From IMG/VR virus record IMGVR_UViG_3300037418_004154, positions 1,217-65,216 of that record: 64,000 nucleotides of DNA, one strand, 5' to 3'. The notes beneath the pieces were generated by a model. It was given only the letters and a program-made list of their open reading frames with translations. It was not told the DNA's origin and made no database searches. The position numbers were made by a program, and so were the translations under genes. The DNA comes from a virus. Taxonomy: Duplodnaviria; Caudoviricetes. Numbering within the stretch: the stretch's first letter is position 1; each line of letters begins with the position of its first letter. Below are positions 63,557 through 64,000 of this stretch, in pieces.

Positions 63557-64000
63557 TCACGCCTTCCGACCGGGCGGCTTTCCTCGCGCTTTCGGCACAG
63601 CCCCTGTCACCCGCCCCACCGCAATCCGGTCCTTCGCCTCCGCGCTCGTCGCCGTGTCCTTGCTCGCCTCGTGTTGGGCGGCCTTGCTCCCGGGGGTCGC
63701 GAACTTGGTCCCGTCGCCGAAGTGCCGCCGCCGGTTCCAGGCGGCGTGCGTCCCGACCCCGAACCAGAACTTCAGGGCGGCCGCACTCTCCGTCCGGATC
63801 GCCTGGACCAGGGCCTCGTTGACCCACAGCCCCGACCCGCCCCGGGGGATGTCCCGGGCCCGGACCCGGGGCCACGGGATCGGCCCGTCGTGAACGCTAG
63901 TCACCACGCAGTCGCAGTCGCGGTACAGGCAGGTGACGACGTCGCCCACGCGCACGGCGGGCGGGGTGTACGTGCCGATCAGCGGGGGCGGGGTGGGCAT
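63557..64000 (-). CDS. Hypothetical protein of a family recalled from Gemmataceae (HTH-like C-terminus)
   Basis: [20 protein letters not shown]...WP...[20 protein letters not shown]. The start is at the window edge. Confidence 0.55.
   Translation of the reverse strand: MPTPPPLIGTYTPPAVRVGDVVTCLYRDCDCVVTSVHDGPIPWPRVRARDIPRGGSGLWVNEALVQAIRTESAAALKFWFGVGTHAAWNRRRHFGDGTKFATPGSKAAQHEASKDTATSAEAKDRIAVGRVTGAVPKARGKPPGRKA

Overview
The whole 64-kb window is one GC-rich temperate siphophage genome or most of one. Planctomycete markers (TIGR02996-type domains, LE-x-R-x-x-PA secretion motifs) point to a Gemmataceae-like host. From left to right it holds: a leftward tail operon with a partial tape-measure-like gene; a rightward operon with head-tail adaptor, tail terminator, tail tube and a frameshifted chaperone; a Cys-rich fibre gene, a GT71+GT9 glycosyltransferase and an RfaE-type heptose kinase; a putative lysis and secreted-protein block that has a metzincin protease and two CxxCH heme proteins but no recognisable endolysin; a DNA methylase; a leftward accessory operon; a tRNA-Val 3' fragment (att core) beside a tyrosine integrase; LexA-type and HTH regulators; a tRNA-like RNA; a replication module (AAA_24, Prim-Pol, DUF3987, RdgC-like, DnaN, SNF2, MTases, ParB-like); and the packaging and head genes (terminases, portal, a 1085-aa head-associated protein, Mu-I-like protease, decoration protein, major capsid). 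The most notable patterns are 13 perfect copies of the palindrome GTGCGGGCGCCCGCAC, ten GGCAGGCA-N11-nAnnnT promoter-like motifs (several giving leaderless starts), a tRNA-shaped RNA with an aberrant 9-nt anticodon loop, and a recurring F-[SA]-A motif in head proteins. All product calls come from motif recognition by eye; no database search was run.
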